NCBI GenBank assembly: GCA_018818285.1
Contig: JAHIRT010000032.1
Coordinates: 1 to 63,152, forward strand
From: Nanobdellota archaeon
GTDB taxonomy: Archaea > Nanobdellota > Nanobdellia > Pacearchaeales > GW2011-AR1
Direction: 5' to 3'
DNA: 63,152 nt
Position numbers and translations under genes: made by a program. Of the stretch, positions 54,254 through 63,152 are shown one piece after another. The notes beneath the pieces were generated by a model that did no database searches, was not told the DNA's origin, and saw only the letters and a program-made list of their open reading frames with translations. Position 1 is the stretch's first letter, and every line of letters starts with the position of its first letter.

Positions 54254-55114
54254 ATGGTTATGATATTAACAGGGGCAACAAGTTATCTTGGAAAAAATTT
54301 TATTAAAAGTTTTAAAAAAACAGATGATTTGCTCTGCTTTGTAAGAAAAAAAAGCCCTGAAATAAAAGCAAGGCAGGAAATTGTTAATTTTAATGAAAAG
54401 AAAAGTTTTGATGGATTTGTAAATAAAAATGATGTGGTTGTGCATATTGCAGGAATAACAGATGGAACAAAAAAAGAATTATTTGATGTGAATTATAAGA
54501 TCACTAAAAATTTAGTTGATGTTGCAAAAAAGAAAAAAGCAAGGAGATTTATTTTTATAAGTAGTGCAATAGTTGAAATGGAAGAAAAAGGAGATTATGG
54601 AGAATCTAAATTAAAAGCAGAAGAATATATTAAAAAATCTGGAATTGAGTTTATAATTTTGAGACCTTCTTTAATTTACGGCAAAGGTGAAAAAAAGTTT
54701 ATTGGAAAAATTATTTATTTTATAAATAAATACAGAATTGTTCCTGTTATTGGAAATGGAAAATATTCAATAAGAACTGTTTATGCTGGTGATGCTGTGA
54801 AAATAATTGAGAAGAGCATTTATTTAAAAAAAAGAAACAAAGTTTATTATGTTTCAAGTAAAGATGAAATTTCTGTAAATGAAAGATATAAGATTATTGG
54901 TGAGTTAATGAAAAAAAGATTTCTTGTTTTTCATGTCCCAATATTTTTTCTTAAAATAGCTTCTTTATTTATAAGAATATTTAAAAAAGATTTTCCATCA
55001 ATACAGCAACTTACAAGAATAACAAAGCACGAAGATTATGATGTTGATAATACTGAAAAAGATTTTAAAATTAAATTTAAGGATTTTAAAGAGGGAATTG
55101 GAGAGAGTTTGTGA
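54254..55114 (+). CDS. NAD-dependent epimerase/dehydratase (extended SDR)
   Basis: TGATSYLG, YGESK catalytic motif. Confidence 0.8.
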   Translation: MVMILTGATSYLGKNFIKSFKKTDDLLCFVRKKSPEIKARQEIVNFNEKKSFDGFVNKNDVVVHIAGITDGTKKELFDVNYKITKNLVDVAKKKKARRFIFISSAIVEMEEKGDYGESKLKAEEYIKKSGIEFIILRPSLIYGKGEKKFIGKIIYFINKYRIVPVIGNGKYSIRTVYAGDAVKIIEKSIYLKKRNKVYYVSSKDEISVNERYKIIGELMKKRFLVFHVPIFFLKIASLFIRIFKKDFPSIQQLTRITKHEDYDVDNTEKDFKIKFKDFKEGIGESL

Positions 55115-56580
55115 ATAAAATGACAAAAATATTAATACTTAATCCTCCGACAAAAGAAGGAATTTACATTAACAGAGACCAGATGGGGGGAATGGGGCAG
55201 AGACTTTCATTTGGAAAAAGTCTGCTAACTTCTTTTTTAGGAAAAATGAAAAGTTCTTTTATAAGACAACCTGTGTTTCAGTTAGTTTATGCTGCTACAA
55301 TACTTTCTGAAAGCAATGATGTATTAGTCATAGATTCATTAAATGAAAACTTAAGTTTAAATGATATAATTAAAAAAGCAATAAAATTTTGCCCAGAATA
55401 CACAATTATGGCTGTATCTTCATCTGATATTTTATATGAAAGAGATGTTGTAGCAAAAAAAATAAAAGAGTGCACAAAATCAAAAATAATTACAATAGGA
55501 GACACAATTACAAATTCTCCATCTTTATTTAAAGAGCCATTTGACATTTCAATTACTGGAGAAGTTGAAGGAGTTGTAAAAGATATAATAGATAAAAAAA
55601 AATTAAGCAGAATTAGTGGTATTATTTATATTGAAAAAGGAAAAGCGAAGACAAACAAAAGAAAAGAGCTTTTAAATGAAGAGGAATTAGAAAAAATAAA
55701 ATTTCCAAAATGGGAGATTTTTCCATATAAAAAATACAGGTATTATCCTCTGCTTTATAATGAGCCTGCTGTTTCTATGCTTTCTTCAAGAGGATGTCCA
55801 TATGCTTGCTATTACTGCTCTTATTCTAAAAATGAGGGAGAAAAATTAAGAATGAGAAATGCAAAAAATGTTGTTGATGAAATTGAAAATAACATTAAAA
55901 AATATGGAATTAATGGGATTGTTTTTAGGGATCCTCTTTTTACTGGAAACAGAAAAAGAACAAAAGAAGTCTGCAGATTGATTATTAAAAAAAATCTTAA
56001 TATTGGGTGGGCATGTGAAACAAGGCCAGAATTACTTGATGAGGAAATTTTAAAGGAAATGAGAAATGCGGGATGCAGGGCAATTAATATGGGAATTGAA
56101 AGCATAAATGAAAAAGAGCTAAATTCTGTTGGAAGAAATAAAGTTGATTTAAACAAGCTGAAAAAAATAATTGAGTGTTGCAATAAATTAGGAATTAGAA
56201 CAACTGGTTTTTTTATTTTAGGGCTGCCTGAATCAACAAAAGAATCAATGAATAAAACAATTGAATTCAGTTTAAATTCAGGATTAAATCATGCCGAATA
56301 TAAAATTGCAACTCCTTATCCTGGAACAAAATTAAGGGAAATTGCAATAAAGAATAATTGGCTGAAAAATAATAACATAAAAAATCTTGGAGGATATGAT
56401 GCTGTTATGTGCATAAACAAAGAAATAAGTCCAGAATATATTGATAATTTGTGCAACAATTCATTTAAAAAATTTTATTACAGATTTTCTTGGATTTGGC
56501 AAGAATTAAGAATGGGGGATAATCTTAAAAAAGCTAATTTTTTTGTTAAAACAATATTTAGAGTTATGACGGGCAAATGA
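55111..56580 (+). CDS. B12-binding-domain radical SAM protein
   Basis: N-terminal Rossmann-like module, SRGCPYACYYCS cluster. A GTG start overlaps the upstream stop; an alternative ATG is at 55120. Confidence 0.8.
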   Translation: MNKMTKILILNPPTKEGIYINRDQMGGMGQRLSFGKSLLTSFLGKMKSSFIRQPVFQLVYAATILSESNDVLVIDSLNENLSLNDIIKKAIKFCPEYTIMAVSSSDILYERDVVAKKIKECTKSKIITIGDTITNSPSLFKEPFDISITGEVEGVVKDIIDKKKLSRISGIIYIEKGKAKTNKRKELLNEEELEKIKFPKWEIFPYKKYRYYPLLYNEPAVSMLSSRGCPYACYYCSYSKNEGEKLRMRNAKNVVDEIENNIKKYGINGIVFRDPLFTGNRKRTKEVCRLIIKKNLNIGWACETRPELLDEEILKEMRNAGCRAINMGIESINEKELNSVGRNKVDLNKLKKIIECCNKLGIRTTGFFILGLPESTKESMNKTIEFSLNSGLNHAEYKIATPYPGTKLREIAIKNNWLKNNNIKNLGGYDAVMCINKEISPEYIDNLCNNSFKKFYYRFSWIWQELRMGDNLKKANFFVKTIFRVMTGK

Positions 56581-56627
56581 AAATAGGAAATTTTCAAAAT
56601 TTCATTTTTAAAAAACATAAATGAAAA

Positions 56628-58277
56628 ATGAATAAAAAAACAATTTTTTTGATTATTGGAATCTTATTATCTCATTTGATATTTGTAATTCTGTCTATGA
56701 ATCAGCCATTTCACGGAGATGAAATTGTGTTCTCTGAATCTGCAAAGGGTATTTTAAAAACTGGAAAACCAATATTTGATTATAGTGCTTTTGAACCAAA
56801 TTTTCAGGGTTTGTGGCATATTCCTCTTTACAGTTATTTTGTGGCTTTGTTTGTTTTCTTTTTTGGACAAAGCATTTATTCATTTAGAGCTGTTTCTGCA
56901 TTTTTCAATGTTTTAGTGATTATTTTAGTTTATCTTATTTCAAAAGAGATTTTCAGCAAAGAGAAAAATAAAGAAATTTTGTCTTTAATTGCAATGTTAG
57001 TTTATGCACTTAATCCTTTGACAATACAAAGTTCTGTTGTTATGGATATAGACGGAGGATTGCTTAATTTTGCTGTTTATTTGTTTTTGTATTTTTTTAT
57101 AAGAAAAAAGAGTTTTTTTTATCTTATTCCTTCTTTGCTGTTTGTATTTTTGTCAAAAGAAAGCGGACCAGTAATATTATTTATCAGCTTGATGACATTT
57201 TATGTTCTGACATTAAATTTCAAGAAAATTCCTAAAATATTTCTATTGTTTTTTGTTTCTGGGATTTTGTTTTTAATTATTTTTTTGAGCTATTGCAGTG
57301 CATTTGGATTAAACTTTTTAATGCCTCTGGAGCATAATTTCAAGGGAGGTTCTATAAGTTTTATATCATTAATGGTTTCTGCGTGGTCATTTAAAACATT
57401 TTTTTATTTTTCTGTTCCTTTTTTTGTTTTATCATTTTTTATTCTAAGTTTTATTTTTTATTATATGTTCTTTAAAAACAAGGAATTTAAAAAACAGGAG
57501 TGGAAAGATAACAAAATTCTCCTGCTCAATTTATTTGCAATAGTAACAATTTTTTTGTTTTTTTATTTGGGGGCCAGTGGTTGGGGTTTTCCAAAATATT
57601 ATATAACTGCTCTTCCAGCAATGTCTATATTCATAGTGCATAGGCTTTCAAAAGAAAAAATATTTAAAAAAGAATTTTTTAAAAAGAAATTTGTTTTGCT
57701 TGTTTTAGTTTTTATATTATTGTCTTATTTTTTAGTTTTTATTCCATCTCCATTAATGCCTGAATTTGATTCAACTGCGCAGAATGCAGAAATTGCAAAA
57801 TCAGCAGGGCTAATTGGAAAGAGCTTTTGTTTATATTTTATAATTCCTTTTTTTATTTGTTTGATTATTTTTTATTTGCTTAGATTTAAGCATAAAATTT
57901 TAATTAGCTTGATTTTTCTTAGTTTTTTTATGTTTGTTTATTTGAATTCTCTTCATGCTGTTGTTCCTTATTCAACTTATTATAATTATGGTGATATTGG
58001 GGTTTTAGATGTTGTAGATTATTTTAGGAATAACAGCGTTTCAGCAGGACAAATTGCAACTTATCCTCATTTAGGAAGCTATCTTGGAATGTCTGATTAT
58101 TATGAAATAACATGGAGTTATAATGATGAAAATGATTTTAAGGAAAAAATAATTGATAATACTGAAATAGGGTATATTGTTATATACAAAAGAGATATAG
58201 AAAGAATTGGAGAAAACATGAAGTATTTTAAATTAAAAGAAAAAATAGGAAGTTATTATGTTTTTAGGAGAATATAA
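56628..58277 (+). CDS. ArnT/PMT-like GT-C membrane glycosyltransferase
   Basis: Polytopic protein whose first loop has HGDEIVFSESAKG (acidic motif). The 549-aa architecture is like GT39/GT83. Confidence 0.7.
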   Translation: MNKKTIFLIIGILLSHLIFVILSMNQPFHGDEIVFSESAKGILKTGKPIFDYSAFEPNFQGLWHIPLYSYFVALFVFFFGQSIYSFRAVSAFFNVLVIILVYLISKEIFSKEKNKEILSLIAMLVYALNPLTIQSSVVMDIDGGLLNFAVYLFLYFFIRKKSFFYLIPSLLFVFLSKESGPVILFISLMTFYVLTLNFKKIPKIFLLFFVSGILFLIIFLSYCSAFGLNFLMPLEHNFKGGSISFISLMVSAWSFKTFFYFSVPFFVLSFFILSFIFYYMFFKNKEFKKQEWKDNKILLLNLFAIVTIFLFFYLGASGWGFPKYYITALPAMSIFIVHRLSKEKIFKKEFFKKKFVLLVLVFILLSYFLVFIPSPLMPEFDSTAQNAEIAKSAGLIGKSFCLYFIIPFFICLIIFYLLRFKHKILISLIFLSFFMFVYLNSLHAVVPYSTYYNYGDIGVLDVVDYFRNNSVSAGQIATYPHLGSYLGMSDYYEITWSYNDENDFKEKIIDNTEIGYIVIYKRDIERIGENMKYFKLKEKIGSYYVFRRI

Positions 58278-59110
58278 TGCCCGAGCTTTCAATAATCATT
58301 CCAACATATAATGAAGAAAATGATATCTTCAGCAGTCTTATTAGCTTATCAGAACAAAGTTATAAAAATTTTGAGATTATAATTGTTGATGATGGCTCAA
58401 CTGACAGAACTTTGGAGATTGTTGAAAAATTTAAAGAGCAAAACAAAATAAGCATTAAAATTTTAAAACAATTGCATGGCGGTCCTGGAAAAGCAAGGAA
58501 TTTTGGAGCAAAAAATGCAAAGGGAGAAATTTTGATTTTTATTGATGCTGATATGAGATTTGATAAGGATTATTTGAAAAATTTAATAGAACCAATTTTA
58601 AAAACAAGGGGAATTGGAACAACTCATGAATTAGAGCTTGTTAATAATATTAATAATATCTGGAGCAGATGCTGGGGCAGAGTCAGAGTTAGCAAAGAAG
58701 AGGCAAAAGATGTCAAGATATTCAGGGCAATTAGAAAAAAAGAATTTCTTGAACTTGGAGGTTTTGAGCCAAAATATGGATATGCAGATGACCAAACATT
58801 ATGGTTTAAGTATAAAATAAAGCCAATAGTTGCAAAAAATACTATTTGCTATCATAAAAATCCTGAAACTTTGAAGCAGGTTTTTAAGCAATCAAGATGG
58901 ATTGGAGCAAGCCATGATGCAGGATTAATTAAGTTTGCTATGATGATTATTTTTTTTCCTGTGCTTATTCCAATATTAAGCATTAGAAAATCCTGGAAAA
59001 ACAAAGATTTTTCAATATTTCCTGCAATGATTATATTTATGACGGCAAGATATTTTGGGAATTTAGCAGGATATTACAGAAAGATATTTTGTAAAGAGAA
59101 TATAAAATAA
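58277..59110 (+). CDS. family 2 glycosyltransferase
   Basis: LSIIIPTYNEENDI, VDDGSTDRT, IDADM. Confidence 0.85.
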   Translation: MPELSIIIPTYNEENDIFSSLISLSEQSYKNFEIIIVDDGSTDRTLEIVEKFKEQNKISIKILKQLHGGPGKARNFGAKNAKGEILIFIDADMRFDKDYLKNLIEPILKTRGIGTTHELELVNNINNIWSRCWGRVRVSKEEAKDVKIFRAIRKKEFLELGGFEPKYGYADDQTLWFKYKIKPIVAKNTICYHKNPETLKQVFKQSRWIGASHDAGLIKFAMMIIFFPVLIPILSIRKSWKNKDFSIFPAMIIFMTARYFGNLAGYYRKIFCKENIK

Positions 59111-59143
59111 TGTAAATTTAAATAAATAGGATTGAAAATTTCT

Positions 59144-60748
59144 TTAAGTTTCTATTTTTTTGTATAAAATTTCTTTTATTCTTTTTTTTAATTCCCGCAA
59201 TCCCTGAAGTTTAGAATAATATCTATAACCTAATTTTTGAATAGGACTAACAATAAAAAATCTCTTAAGGCAATGTCTGCACAATGTAAAAAATCCATAA
59301 TCCCATCTGCTGTATATCTCGCAATTTTTATACTCAAGGGGTTCTTTGCAAAAAGGGCAGTCTACTTTAAAATCATATCTTTTATTTTTTCTATGTTTTA
59401 CTGATTTTGGAGTGATATACTTGCAATAATTTCCCATAGCATCTAATACCTCTGTCCTTAATTGTTTTATTTCCTTATCAGTCATATTATCAGTTATATT
59501 CAACCAATGGTCCCTATGGATCTTATTTTTTATAAAATCTAATTTGTCTGTGATTATTCTCTTTTTAAGACAATGCCGGTAGATTTCTGAGTTTGGGTAT
59601 GGCTGAATAAATCCCAAACCTATTTGCCCTTTTGCATTTTTCTTCCACCAATCAAGGGTTTCTTTTGCTGTTTCTTTTGTTTCTGCAACATCTCCAAAAA
59701 TAAAATTACCTACGACACCCATTTTTAATTCTAGTGTTTTGAAAAAAGCATCTTCAATTAATTTTGGAGTGATTGGCTTTCTCATGCTTTTCAAAACTTC
59801 AGGACTCATGCTTTCAAAACCATAACTTAAAACAAGACATCCTGAATCTCGCATCATTTTTAAAACATCTCCATTAACTCTTAATACAGACATTTGAACA
59901 ATCCATCTTAAATCCCAATCAAGTTCTTCCCTGTATTTTTTTATTTTTTTACAAAAATCTTTTAATCTTTTCATGTCTAATGAAAAACATTCAGCATGTA
60001 TAATTAAAACATTTATTTTATATTTTTTAACTACACTTTTTATTTCTTTCATAATGTTATTAATGGTTCTTTCCCTAAATTCTGTATCATGATAGCAAAA
60101 AGTGCAGTGAAATGGACAGCTTCTGCTTGCTAATAAATAATAAGGGCGCGGGAAATCAAAAAAATGAGTTGTATGATGAAGATTGCAGGGAACATTATTT
60201 AAATATTCTTCATATTCAAAAGACCTGTAATCTGGAAATGGAAGTGCATCTAAATTTTGGATAGGTTTGCGAGTTCCTGTAAAAATAGTTTTATCTTCTT
60301 TAAATACAAGCCCTTTTACTTTGCTTAAGTCTCCTTTTTTTTCTAAACAATCTAATAATTCTACAATTGTTTCTTCTCCTTCTCCTATCACAGCAAAATC
60401 TGCTTTTAAATCATCAAAAATCAATTTAGGTTCGCTTGAGATTAATGGCCCTCCTAAAATTATTTTTGGGTTAGTTCTATGGCTTTTTGCTGCAGCGATT
60501 ATTTTCTCTAAATGACCATATCCATAAGCAATTGTTCCTGTGAGAATATAATCATATTTTTTCTTATCAAAAGCTTTATGCAAAATTTCCCTTACAAGCC
60601 CATCATTATGATTTAAATTTAAATAATCTAATTTATATCCTGCTTTTTTTAAAGAAGCACTTATGTAAGCCAAACTTAAAGGAGTAAAATATCTGTAATC
60701 TTTTTTATCTGTAAAAGAAAATCTGGGGGTTATCATTAATAATTCCAT
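59144..60748 (-). CDS. B12-binding-domain radical SAM protein with C-terminal zinc-ribbon-like motif
   Basis: N-terminal Rossmann-like module (ILGGPL), SRSCPFHCTFC cluster, C-terminal CPFCKE...CRHC. Confidence 0.8.
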   Translation of the reverse strand: MELLMITPRFSFTDKKDYRYFTPLSLAYISASLKKAGYKLDYLNLNHNDGLVREILHKAFDKKKYDYILTGTIAYGYGHLEKIIAAAKSHRTNPKIILGGPLISSEPKLIFDDLKADFAVIGEGEETIVELLDCLEKKGDLSKVKGLVFKEDKTIFTGTRKPIQNLDALPFPDYRSFEYEEYLNNVPCNLHHTTHFFDFPRPYYLLASRSCPFHCTFCYHDTEFRERTINNIMKEIKSVVKKYKINVLIIHAECFSLDMKRLKDFCKKIKKYREELDWDLRWIVQMSVLRVNGDVLKMMRDSGCLVLSYGFESMSPEVLKSMRKPITPKLIEDAFFKTLELKMGVVGNFIFGDVAETKETAKETLDWWKKNAKGQIGLGFIQPYPNSEIYRHCLKKRIITDKLDFIKNKIHRDHWLNITDNMTDKEIKQLRTEVLDAMGNYCKYITPKSVKHRKNKRYDFKVDCPFCKEPLEYKNCEIYSRWDYGFFTLCRHCLKRFFIVSPIQKLGYRYYSKLQGLRELKKRIKEILYKKIET

Positions 60749-60784
60749 TTTACCTGTAATTTGATATTTTTTGCATTTTTTAAA

Positions 60785-62104
60785 TTAAAATCCATGTTTT
60801 TCTAAAATATGAGCATCTTCAGTTTCTTTTCTTGTTTTTTCTTCAAATTTAATATGATTAAGAATTAAATTTTTTAGTTTTTCAGAAATTTCTTTGTCAG
60901 AATTTATTATATTTTCCTTTTCTTTTGGGTCATTTTTTAAATTAAAGAGTTCATCTTTTCCGTTTTGTTTATGAATATATTTATAATCTCCATGAATAAT
61001 TGCAATTCCTTGGATAGTTAGATCATATTTCAAATTTTCAATGCCTGAAACAAATCTTCCATCTCTTTTTCTTGCATCTTCACTAAAAAAATACTTTCTT
61101 TTAAATTTAAGCAAACTCTCGCCAAAAAAACTTTCTGGTTTTTTAATTTTGAGGATATCCAGAATTGTTGGAGATAAATCTAAAAAACTAACTGGAGTGC
61201 TGATTGTTTTTGGTTCTATTTCATTACCAAGAATCATTAAAGGAACATGAATATTTTCTTCATAAAAATCAGGTGTATGTCCAAAAAAACCTTTTTCATA
61301 AAGCATCTTTCCATGGTCGCCAAAAACAATTAAATAAGTATTATCCAATAAATTATCTTCTTTAAGTTTCTTAATAAATTCATCAATATATTTATCTGTT
61401 CTGTTTAAATCAAAGGCATATAAATTTCTGATTGTTTTAATCTCTTGCTCATTAAGTTCTTCTTTTGTTTTAAGAAGATTGCAATTTGCATTTATTAATT
61501 CTTCTGTAGGAGCACCTTCACAATAAGGTTCGTGGGAGCCTTCTAAATGTATGTAAATAAAAAGTTTTTCTTTTTTGTTTTCTTTAATAAATTCCAAGGC
61601 ATTTTTTAATTGATTTTTATCATTTTCTCTGCCTTTTGCTTTTTCAATATTTTTCTTTAAATATAACCGCCTATAAAATTCTCTGGCTTTTGGAAATGAC
61701 TCACCAATCTTTGTTTTAATTTTCTCTGATAGGGATTTATTTGGTGCTCCTAAAACACAAAGAAATTTATCAAATCCCTTATCAAAACCAAAAAATGGTG
61801 ATAACCACCCACCCATAACAAATGCTCCTGTTTTGTAATTATATGTTTTTAATAATTTTGCTATTGTAATTGAATCAGAAGAAATAGCAATACTATCATT
61901 ACACATTAAAGGATAGGAGGAAGTAAACAAACCTTTAACTGCTGGGGGGCTCCAAGGACCTAAAGAATAAGCTTTATTAAAATACATCCCTTTTTTAGAA
62001 AGATTATACAAACAAGGAGTTATTTTTTTTTCTAAAAAATCATTTCTAAAACCATCAACAACAAGCATTATAATATTTTTCATATTACATGAATATTTTT
62101 TCAA
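60785..62104 (-). CDS. alkaline-phosphatase-superfamily protein (sulfatase/phosphodiesterase-like)
   Basis: IIMLVVDGFRNDF metal-site motif, nucleophile-region WSPPAVKGLFTSSYP (not CxPxR), distal FGDHG. Confidence 0.7.
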   Translation of the reverse strand: MKKYSCNMKNIIMLVVDGFRNDFLEKKITPCLYNLSKKGMYFNKAYSLGPWSPPAVKGLFTSSYPLMCNDSIAISSDSITIAKLLKTYNYKTGAFVMGGWLSPFFGFDKGFDKFLCVLGAPNKSLSEKIKTKIGESFPKAREFYRRLYLKKNIEKAKGRENDKNQLKNALEFIKENKKEKLFIYIHLEGSHEPYCEGAPTEELINANCNLLKTKEELNEQEIKTIRNLYAFDLNRTDKYIDEFIKKLKEDNLLDNTYLIVFGDHGKMLYEKGFFGHTPDFYEENIHVPLMILGNEIEPKTISTPVSFLDLSPTILDILKIKKPESFFGESLLKFKRKYFFSEDARKRDGRFVSGIENLKYDLTIQGIAIIHGDYKYIHKQNGKDELFNLKNDPKEKENIINSDKEISEKLKNLILNHIKFEEKTRKETEDAHILEKHGF

Positions 62105-62181
62105 TTTAAAAAGATATCTCTCTTATACAGAGGGTTTCAATATAACAAAGTTTAAATACATTTCTTTTTAAAATTAAGTAT

Positions 62182-62943
62182 ATGGCAAAAGATTTTACAA
62201 AAAAAAGAATAGGTGTATGTGAAGAATTAATGAAACCTGAAATTAAGCAGTATTTAGAATTGCCTTTGGATGAAAAAGTAAAGAAAACACTGGAAATAAT
62301 AAAAGAAGCTCTTGAAAAGTATCCAAAAGCCGGATTAGGATTTAGTGGTGGAACAGATAGTTTAGTTTTATTACATATTGCCTTGCCAATTTGTCCTCCA
62401 GATATGCCAATTATTTTTGTGAATACAGGGCATCAATTTCCAGAAACTTATAAGTTTATAGAGAAAATAAAAAAAGAATGGAATTTAAAAAATTTTCAGG
62501 AAGTTAAACCAGAAGAAGACAAAGTAAATAAATTTAAAGAAGAAGTTGGTTTTAAAACAGCTGAATTTACTGAAAAATGCTGTGAATATCATAAAATAAA
62601 TCCTTTAAAAAAAGCAATTGAAGATTTTAAATTAGATGCTTTTATTGCTGGTATTAGGGGAGTTGAGCATGAAGAAAGAGCTAAGGAAATATTTTTTTCT
62701 CCAAGAAAAAATCCAGACCATATAAGAGTACATCCTCTTTTATTTTGGAAATCAGAAGATGTTTTGGAATATGTTAAAAAAGGGGGAATTAAATGCAATC
62801 CATTATATGCGCAGGGATACACTTCTTTGGGTTGTGTAGAGTGCACAGAAAAAAACATTGACCCAAATGCACATGAAAGAGCTGGTAGGGGTGTTGTAAG
62901 AGAAGAAGTAATGGAAAGACTAAGAGAATTAGGATATACTTAA
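62182..62943 (+). CDS. PAPS/APS reductase-family (PP-loop) protein
   Basis: PP-loop FSGGTDSLVLLH, YTSLGCVECT and ERAGRG near the C-terminus as in CysH-type enzymes. Confidence 0.75.
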   Translation: MAKDFTKKRIGVCEELMKPEIKQYLELPLDEKVKKTLEIIKEALEKYPKAGLGFSGGTDSLVLLHIALPICPPDMPIIFVNTGHQFPETYKFIEKIKKEWNLKNFQEVKPEEDKVNKFKEEVGFKTAEFTEKCCEYHKINPLKKAIEDFKLDAFIAGIRGVEHEERAKEIFFSPRKNPDHIRVHPLLFWKSEDVLEYVKKGGIKCNPLYAQGYTSLGCVECTEKNIDPNAHERAGRGVVREEVMERLRELGYT

Positions 62944-63152
62944 GGAGAAAGCTGATTTTTAGATATTTTTTGCCCAACTATTATTAACTCTGGCCTTATT
63001 CTTAGTATAAGCCATGAAACTAACTGCAAAGAATTATAATAACAAAAAGTGTTTATGTAATCCTTATAAATAATTTTTAGTTTATTTGTGAGAAAAAATT
63101 TTTCTAACATTGGTTGAGTAAAAGAAAAATTATTGTGAGTATCAAGAGGAAA

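Noticed and set aside
1-63152. CRISPR arrays, rRNA genes, transposases, integrases, or inverted terminal repeats marking a mobile element
   Set aside because: I saw no regularly spaced direct repeats. The only repeats are in-gene duplications, paralog patches and a 12-bp microsatellite. No recombinase-like ORF was seen, and the glycan island is not flanked by a tRNA or direct repeats, so I do not call it a mobile island.
1-63152. Alternative genetic code or stop-codon reassignment
   Set aside because: All conserved genes (ATPase, CysRS, FtsZ, RFC and others) translate to full length under the standard code, with no in-frame stops.

Overview
This is an AT-rich, gene-dense fragment from a small-genome archaeon. 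The gene content fits a DPANN-type lineage (Pacearchaeota/Woesearchaeota-like). The archaeal assignment rests on RFC small subunit, Spt5, SecE, aIF5A with the hypusine motif, Dph2, Taw1, RpoP, prefoldin beta, ribosomal proteins eL40/eL41/eL43, an archaeal-type RNase P RNA, and two tRNAs with introns at position 37/38. The window has three parts. (1) 1-8 kb holds housekeeping genes, a P-type ATPase and an unusual membrane-tethered PD-(D/E)xK nuclease. (2) 8-21.7 kb is a cell-surface block. It contains five proteins with type IV pilin-like (class III) signal peptides, a Methanococcales-type S-layer protein behind a long repeat-rich leader, and a compact archaeosortase-family gene next to a large surface protein that carries a C-terminal sorting-signal-like tail. 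A 21.8-31.7 kb stretch of information-processing and cell-division genes follows (dph2, sepF, pfdB, rpoP, rpl37ae, tRNA-Pro, rpl11, spt5, secE, ftsZ, FKBP, aIF5A, rpl40e, S2P protease, taw1). This stretch ends with a protein that looks like a bacterial sigma-70 factor. (3) 31.8-62.9 kb is one glycan/envelope biosynthesis island of 27 genes. By my calls it has 12 glycosyltransferase domains (GT2, GT4, GT9, three ArnT/PMT-like GT-C), 7 radical-SAM enzymes (3 B12-binding type, at least 3 with SPASM/twitch-like Cys-rich C-termini), a DUF362 Fe-S protein, methyltransferases, SDRs and a heptose-type nucleotidyltransferase. It ends with an alkaline-phosphatase-superfamily gene and a PAPS-reductase-like gene. 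The best candidates for undescribed biology are the radical-SAM-dense glycan island, the sigma-70-like protein in an archaeal context, and the membrane-anchored nuclease. Five genes shorter than 60 aa are absent from the ORF track and were found by hand translation: eL41, SecE, eL40, RpoP (inside a longer ORF) and a 46-aa poly-lysine protein. I saw no CRISPR array, rRNA, transposase or integrase. All family assignments come from motif recognition by eye and need HMM or structure confirmation.
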